A stretch of DNA of 41,126 nt, taken from assembly GCF_001194135.2 (NCBI RefSeq), contig NC_068990.1, forward strand, positions 23,418,910-23,460,035, written 5' to 3'. The notes beneath the pieces are model-generated. The model worked only from the letters and a program-made list of their open reading frames with translations. It had not been told where the DNA came from and made no database searches. A program made the position numbers and the translations under genes. The stretch comes from Octopus bimaculoides (taxonomy: Eukaryota). This document shows, piece by piece, positions 34,945 through 41,126 of the stretch; position 1 is the first letter of the stretch; each line of letters starts with the position of its first letter.

Positions 34945-35140
34945 TGGTTTCAAATTTTGGCACAAGGCCAGCAATTTCAGGGAGGAATAAGTCGATCACA
35001 TCGACCTCAAGCTCGACTGGCACTTATTTTATCGACCTCGAAATGATGAAAAGCAAAGTCGACCCCGGCGGAAAATGAACTCAGAACGCAAAGATGGAAA
35101 AAATACCGCTGACCAATTTGCCCGGAGGCAGCTGGCTACC
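34945..35140 (-). mobile_element. SINE family A copy
   Basis: Family A motifs. Confidence 0.85.
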
Positions 35141-35285
35141 CTGTGTATGCATAATTTATCGTCTCGAACTTATACCATTTTAGTGAATCAATAATAAATC
35201 AATTCTTTTAAGCAATGCATTCCTCTTTCACTATCAACTTTCAGTTGCAAATCGTCATTTATCAAATATTGTTGAAATGAAACAA

Positions 35286-35316
<31 letters not shown>

Positions 35317-35456
35317 TCTCTATGTGGCTCGTGTGTTCTCGTCTACGTTTGTTTGCAATGTCCTGTACCCAGATATGCACCTATACATACAGGTGGATGT
35401 CGGTATGCACATACCTGTACGTATATATGCATATACTCATTTACTTTTGTTTTTAT

Positions 35457-35525
35457 NNNNNNNNNNNNNNNNNNNNNNNNNNNNNNNNNNNNNNNNNNNN
35501 NNNNNNNNNNNNNNNNNNNNNNNNN
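35457..35525. other. Assembly gap
   Basis: N run. Confidence 1.
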
Positions 35526-36024
35526 TATATATATATATATCGATCTTGTTGCTACTCAGACTTCATCTGTGTTGCTGTTTAAATCTATGGCAGTAACCTT
35601 TTAACAATTGATTGACTCGACCTACGTGTCTAAGAAAAATATAAAAGACAATATCATCCTTTTGTCTTTATTATCTATCACACGGAGAGCAGCCAATGCA
35701 GAAAACGATAAACATCCAATAACTGGAAATGCCGTCTGTATTGAAACATATCTTTCATAGAGATAAAGCTTGGATAATATTTCTTATATGCAGAACAAAG
35801 GATCTTTAAACGAAGCTGAAATACATAGTTTGGTGAAATAACTTCTGGTGAATGTGAGGCGATAACATCACACCATTTCCTCAAGTCGGGTTGTTTGATT
35901 GAAAGCATGTTCATAAATAATGTTTTAGTTGTATCGGTTCATAGCTTATAGGTTGCTACCTCATCAATGATACAGTGGCAATCGTCCAAATAGCTTCCAT
36001 TTCGGTCTCGTTATACGCACTTAC

Positions 36025-36031
36025 TTAGCTG
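36025..36031 (-). other. Strong 3' splice site followed 4 nt later by a consensus GTAAGT donor
   Basis: Minus strand: TTCCTTATCTTTCAATCTGCCGTTTTCTATCTCTCTGTCACAG|CTAA|GTAAGT. Confidence 0.35.
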
Positions 36032-36735
36032 TGACAGAGAGATAGAAAACGGCAGATTGAAAGATAAGGAACCAAGCAGACTGGGAAACTAAGCATATTC
36101 TTAAGAATTGATTGGCGGGTAAGTGTAAACGTCGGTAGCTAACGATCGTGTGAGACATAGAATCGAAAATATAACGAAATGTTATTTAGTTCCATATCAG
36201 CTCTGATCAATCAGACATTTAATGAAAGACAACCCAAACGTGACCATCTTCTCTTGTTAGATTTATATAAAACAAGATTATCCAGTGTATCCTTTTCTAC
36301 CAACGAGGTATTGGAAATCTTGTTGAACGCTGGGAAGAAGTTGTAAATAACAAGGGTGAATACATTATTAATTAGTTATTTTGTATTAAACCTTTAAATA
36401 AATTTAAATTTAAAAAAAACGGCGGGAACTTAGTTGCCAACCTAATACAATGTATATAACATATGAGAGAAAGAGAAAATGGAATTCACGAAATTCTTTA
36501 TTAATCACTACGATCGTTTCGACCCATCAAGCACCGATCCTTCGCGGATGAGGGTCTGTACAATTAGTTGTGATGCGTCATTTAGTGCAGAAGTGTCTCG
36601 TCAGGTGGCTTTTCAAAAGGTACCTTGCTCATTAAATCCGGTTTCGCTTAGTTCGATTATAAAACATTTCGTTATTTTCCTGTAGCTGGTTGTGTCTCGG
36701 GGCAGATCATGGTTTGGAATCACACACATACACAT

Positions 36736-37110
<375 letters not shown>

Positions 37111-37340
37111 GATGGATGTATTTGTAAGATTCAATGATCGAGGTGTAGGAAGTTCGTAAGCTTCAAGCAATAGGTATAAAAACAACTTGCATGAACAATA
37201 ATAGTTTATTGACGTAGAAAGTTATAGGCTTTTCTTATATCGAAGTTCGATAAGCTGAAAAAAGTGGGGGTTTTTTGTTTTGTCTTTTTTTGTAATTCAC
37301 TGTTAGCAACTAGGGTTGCTATGAGTGCGAGTAAAAATCC

Positions 37341-37533
37341 AAATTGAATGAATGGAGCAGGTAAAATCCAGGCTACACATGTTTCCTAGCTAGCAGAACC
37401 TCGGAAGTAATAATTACTTAACAACGGATTAAACGAGGGGTTAAACCCCTTGTCGGGTAATTATTACTTCCAAGGTTCTGCTAGCTAAGAAACATATGTA
37501 ACCTGGATTTTAACTGCTCCATTCCCTCAATTT
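37341..37533. repeat. Foldback: ~77-bp inverted arms, ~39-nt spacer
   Basis: GGAGCAGGTAAAATCCAGGCTACACATGTTTCCTAGCTAGCAGAACCTCGGAAGTAATAATTAC mirrors GTAATTATTACTTCCAAGGTTCTGCTAGCTAAGAAACATATGTAACCTGGATTTTAACTGCTCC. Confidence 0.95.
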
Positions 37534-38082
37534 AGATATATATATATATTTGCCACATTTAGGTGGCAAATATACTTCACGATGTCGTACTGCTACTTTT
37601 TATATCTCGCCCAGAGATGTATCATTGCTTGTTTCTCCTTTTTCGAGATCAGCGACATTTTGATCGGCACAATTAATCCTCGGTTGAATATCATACAGTC
37701 ATGAATGTTTTGAGCGCCGTCCACTCAGCTGAAAGAACTCGTGCCAAGTCTTGAATGTGAGATTAATTAACTCCCTTGGCGTTCTTCAGTCTCGGAGGCC
37801 ACTATTAAAGTTCAGCGCCTCTGCTCATTCTCTTCTGATTATATCACAAAATAATTACTGTTGCTTTGCCTTAAACTGGGTCATTGAATTCGCTCAACAA
37901 GTGAGGAGTGTCGACTGTCTCACTCAAATTAAAGATCCTTTAATATTCGTCTTATTTTTCAAACGAATTTATATTAAAACTATTTTGAGCTCTAGTAATT
38001 GCATTGAGCGTCAATCGTACCTGGCGAAGTGAGTCTTCGACACATGTTCACTTTTTGGTCGTCGTAAAATTCATTTACTTAC

Positions 38083-38151
38083 ACTAATACTATTGAAACA
38101 TAATTTCCTTAATTTCATGTTTGCGACAGCTCCTCCTTTTCCTTGTATCGA
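38083..38151 (-). CDS. Candidate 69-nt exon: SIQGKGGAVANMKLRKLCFNSIS (possible start at ATG 38118)
   Basis: ATTTCAG acceptor, GTAAGT donor, length divisible by 3, only frame 0 open, GCAAACATG context. No homology recognised. Confidence 0.35.
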
Positions 38152-38804
38152 CTGAAATCAATCATACTGATTAATCTTTGATAGATTATTGTAAATTCGT
38201 TTCAGTTTAGTTCACACAACAAATAAATATTTATCCTATATTTTGATTTTATTTATCTACATTATATACCATTCTTTCTTTTCTGTAATAGAATTTTTAA
38301 ATTTACAATATTTCCCAAGTGCTTTTAAAAGATTTATTTTCCAAGTTTTATTCAAAGTCTATCTATCTAGAATAGAAATATTGCGAATAAATTGCCTTAT
38401 TAATCGCATTGGGAATTATATGAAAAAAATACAAGAATTTACTCAGTATAACTCTTATAAATGACGACAATACAATTTACATAAATGAAAATACGATAAA
38501 TCATTTTATTAAACAAGTTTGTGGGGTTGGGGGAAATTGTCGAATTGATCTTAATCGTATAGAAAGTATGGGGATTGATCTATTTACAACCAAGAAATAC
38601 AATTAATAGAAAATAGAACAATTCATCAAATGTTTAAGAAATTTTATTCTTTGAATTGTACCTTTGAGAGAAACAAATTAAAATGCGAACATATGTACAT
38701 ACATATACACATACACACAAACACATACACATGCATACACACACGTATACACACCCCGCAAACATCCTTATATTTAATACAAAACTTTTATCTTTTATTT
38801 CTGT

Positions 38805-39000
38805 TAGTCGTTAAACAGTGGCCATTCTGGGGCACTGCTTTCAAGAAATTTTAGTTGAATGAATCGACCTAAAGAACTTTTTTTAAAGCATGGTACTTTT
38901 TCTATCGATCGCTTTTGCCGGACCGCTACGTTATGGGGACATAAGCACACCAACACCGGTTGTCAAGGAGCGATGTGGGATAAACACAAACACACACACA
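38805..39000 (-). mobile_element. SINE family B 3' half
   Basis: GGCCATTCTGGGGCACTGC...ACCGCTACGTTATGGGGAC..AAGCACACCAACACCGGTTGTCAAG. Confidence 0.75.
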
Positions 39001-39051
39001 TACACATACGCACGCACACATACGCTCACACATACAAACATACATACAAAC

Positions 39052-39104
<53 letters not shown>

Positions 39105-39214
39105 NNNNNNNNNNNNNNNNNNNNNNNNNNNNNNNNNNNNNNNNNNNNNNNNNNNNNNNNNNNNNNNNNNNNNNNNNNNNNNNNNNNNNNNNNNNNNNNN
39201 NNNNNNNNNNNNNN
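39105..39214. other. Assembly gap flanked by (TA)n
   Basis: N run. Confidence 1.
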
Positions 39215-40323
39215 TATATGCAGGTTCTTGCAGATAAATTGAGACAACTTTTACGATGCATAAAACTGGTTATAAATACTAAAATAATGGTAGTAGACAG
39301 ATATAGTTTTAATGTAACATTTATTACAAAAACGTTTATCACTCAATATGGCCGCCCTTTGGGGAAATTACTGCCTCCACACAAAAACAAAAGTTTCTTG
39401 CAGCTTCCGCAAGCTCGCCTTTTTAATTTTCCGTGTCACACGCATGATGCAGGTCTTTAAACTGTTGACACTTGAGTGTGGTGAAGCATTGGTCCTTGCT
39501 TGAAGTACGCCCCATAAAAAATAATGTACTGCCTAAATGAAATGATTTAGTTCAAGGTAGAACTCAAAATTCGATCATAAATTTGATAAAAGTCAGTAGC
39601 AAAATAAACATGGAAAGAAAAGGGTATAGGATAGTAGTATAACGTTTCGGATATAGTCATTCATCGGAAACGAGAAGAAAATCTTGGGAGAGACAAGGAA
39701 GGGAGGAAAATCGATAAGAAAGAAGAGACATGAGCCCGAGAGAAAACGCATGTGGGTTACATTCACGTTTATTTCTTTTACTTTTTCACGAGTCCTAATA
39801 TGGCTTTCAGCATTAATATTTACAATTTCCGGACATATGAATGGTATTGTTATATATCGACAGAATTCAATAGTTAATTCATTGCTCATAATTCAGGATG
39901 AGGTTGTGGAAAACTGTGTAACAAGGCTGGTGACATAAAAGTATCATAAGAGGACGTTTTAGTGATCAGTGGTGTAGAGACAATGAGCGTATGTGTTAAA
40001 GCATCCATTTTTTTACAACCAAAATCTGTCAAAGAAAATTCTGTGGATTTTAACACATGAAATTTATAGCTGGAAGTGAATACATATAAGATGTGGATGA
40101 ATTAATCAGCAGTATAAATATTGATTAGTAAATATTGATTTACTAATCGATAAGATAACAAAATATCAATGTTGTTTAATTTTAAGAGAAAATACTCGTG
40201 TTTCGGCAGATGTTCTAAATTACAGTGAAATTATGAGAATTAAAATTTTGTATCTTCTAAATAGAGTGGACAGTGCATACATACATGCATAGATACACAC
40301 ATAGAAACACACACACACATATA

Positions 40324-40393
<70 letters not shown>

Positions 40394-40464
40394 GGAGTGA
40401 GAGAGAAACGTATATATGTTTATGCAACCATATATAAAACTATAATATATACATACATATCTTC

Positions 40465-40735
40465 TCGTTTACTTATTTCACTCATTGGACAGCGGCTATG
40501 CTGGAGCACTGACCTAAGGTTTTAGTCGAACAAATCGACCCCAGGACATTTTTAAAGTTTGGTACTTACTCTTTGCGGACGAAAACAAACCAACGCCGGT
40601 TTTTAAATAGTGGTTCGTGACGAACACAAAGATGCGCCCGAGCGCATACATTCACACTTTCCGTCTACGAATTTCACTTAAAAGGCTTTGGTCGGCCCGT
40701 ACTATAGTAGAACACGCATGCCCAAGGTTCCATAC
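40465..40735 (-). mobile_element. SINE family B copy, decayed
   Basis: GCTATGCTGGAGCAC...GTCGAACAAATCGACCCCAGGAC...TTCCGTCTAC...GGCTTTGGTCGGCCC. Confidence 0.75.
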
Positions 40736-40761
40736 ACGCGTGCATATATATAAATATATGT

Positions 40762-41050
40762 GAAGGCGCGTGGCTTAATGGTTGGGATATTCGGCTAACG
40801 ACTGTAAGGTCGCGAGTTCAATTCCTGGCGATGCATTGTGTACATGAGTCCACTCAGCTGACAAAAATGAGTAGTACTTGTATGTCAAAGGGATGACCTT
40901 GTCACACTCTGTGCCACGCTGGATCTCCTTGAGAACTGCGTTAAGGGTACACGTGACTGTGGAGTGCGCAAGCATTTGCAAGTTAATTTCACGAGCAGGC
41001 TGTTCCGTTGAACGTGTCAGCTGGGACCTGATCATCATAACCGACGGATT
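40762..41050 (+). mobile_element. SINE family C copy with the CORE-like box partly deleted
   Basis: GAAGGCGCGTGGCTTAATGGTT...GAGTTCAATTCC head; GTTAATTTCACGAGCAGGCTGTTCCGTTGA body. Confidence 0.85.
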
Positions 41051-41065
41051 GGTCCTATCCTACAC

Positions 41066-41126
<61 letters not shown>

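Overview
AT-rich, microsatellite-dense animal genomic DNA with 7 N-gaps. The repeat families closely resemble those I recall from Octopus, so a coleoid cephalopod origin is an inference. I recognise no intact protein-coding gene, rRNA, functional tRNA or CRISPR array, and most long ORFs in the supplied track are microsatellite or N-run artefacts. The window is dominated by four recurrent SINE-like families (my labels A-D) and decayed transposons: an internally deleted DD37D (maT) Tc1/mariner with both TIRs, a fragmented piggyBac-like transposase carrying nested insertions, a C-terminal restriction-like-endonuclease (R4/Dong-type) LINE fragment, RTE-like UTR motifs and a possible gag relic. The most unusual structure is three long diverged foldbacks (about 420, 540 and 190 bp). 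Their arms carry outward-facing, degenerate hammerhead-like boxes, and three further stand-alone minimal hammerhead-like relics occur elsewhere. Together these suggest Penelope-like pseudo-LTR ends. Four isolated splice-site-flanked exon candidates, including a possible 4-nt microexon, hint that the window may lie in introns of an unidentified gene. No new biological system can be claimed from sequence alone.
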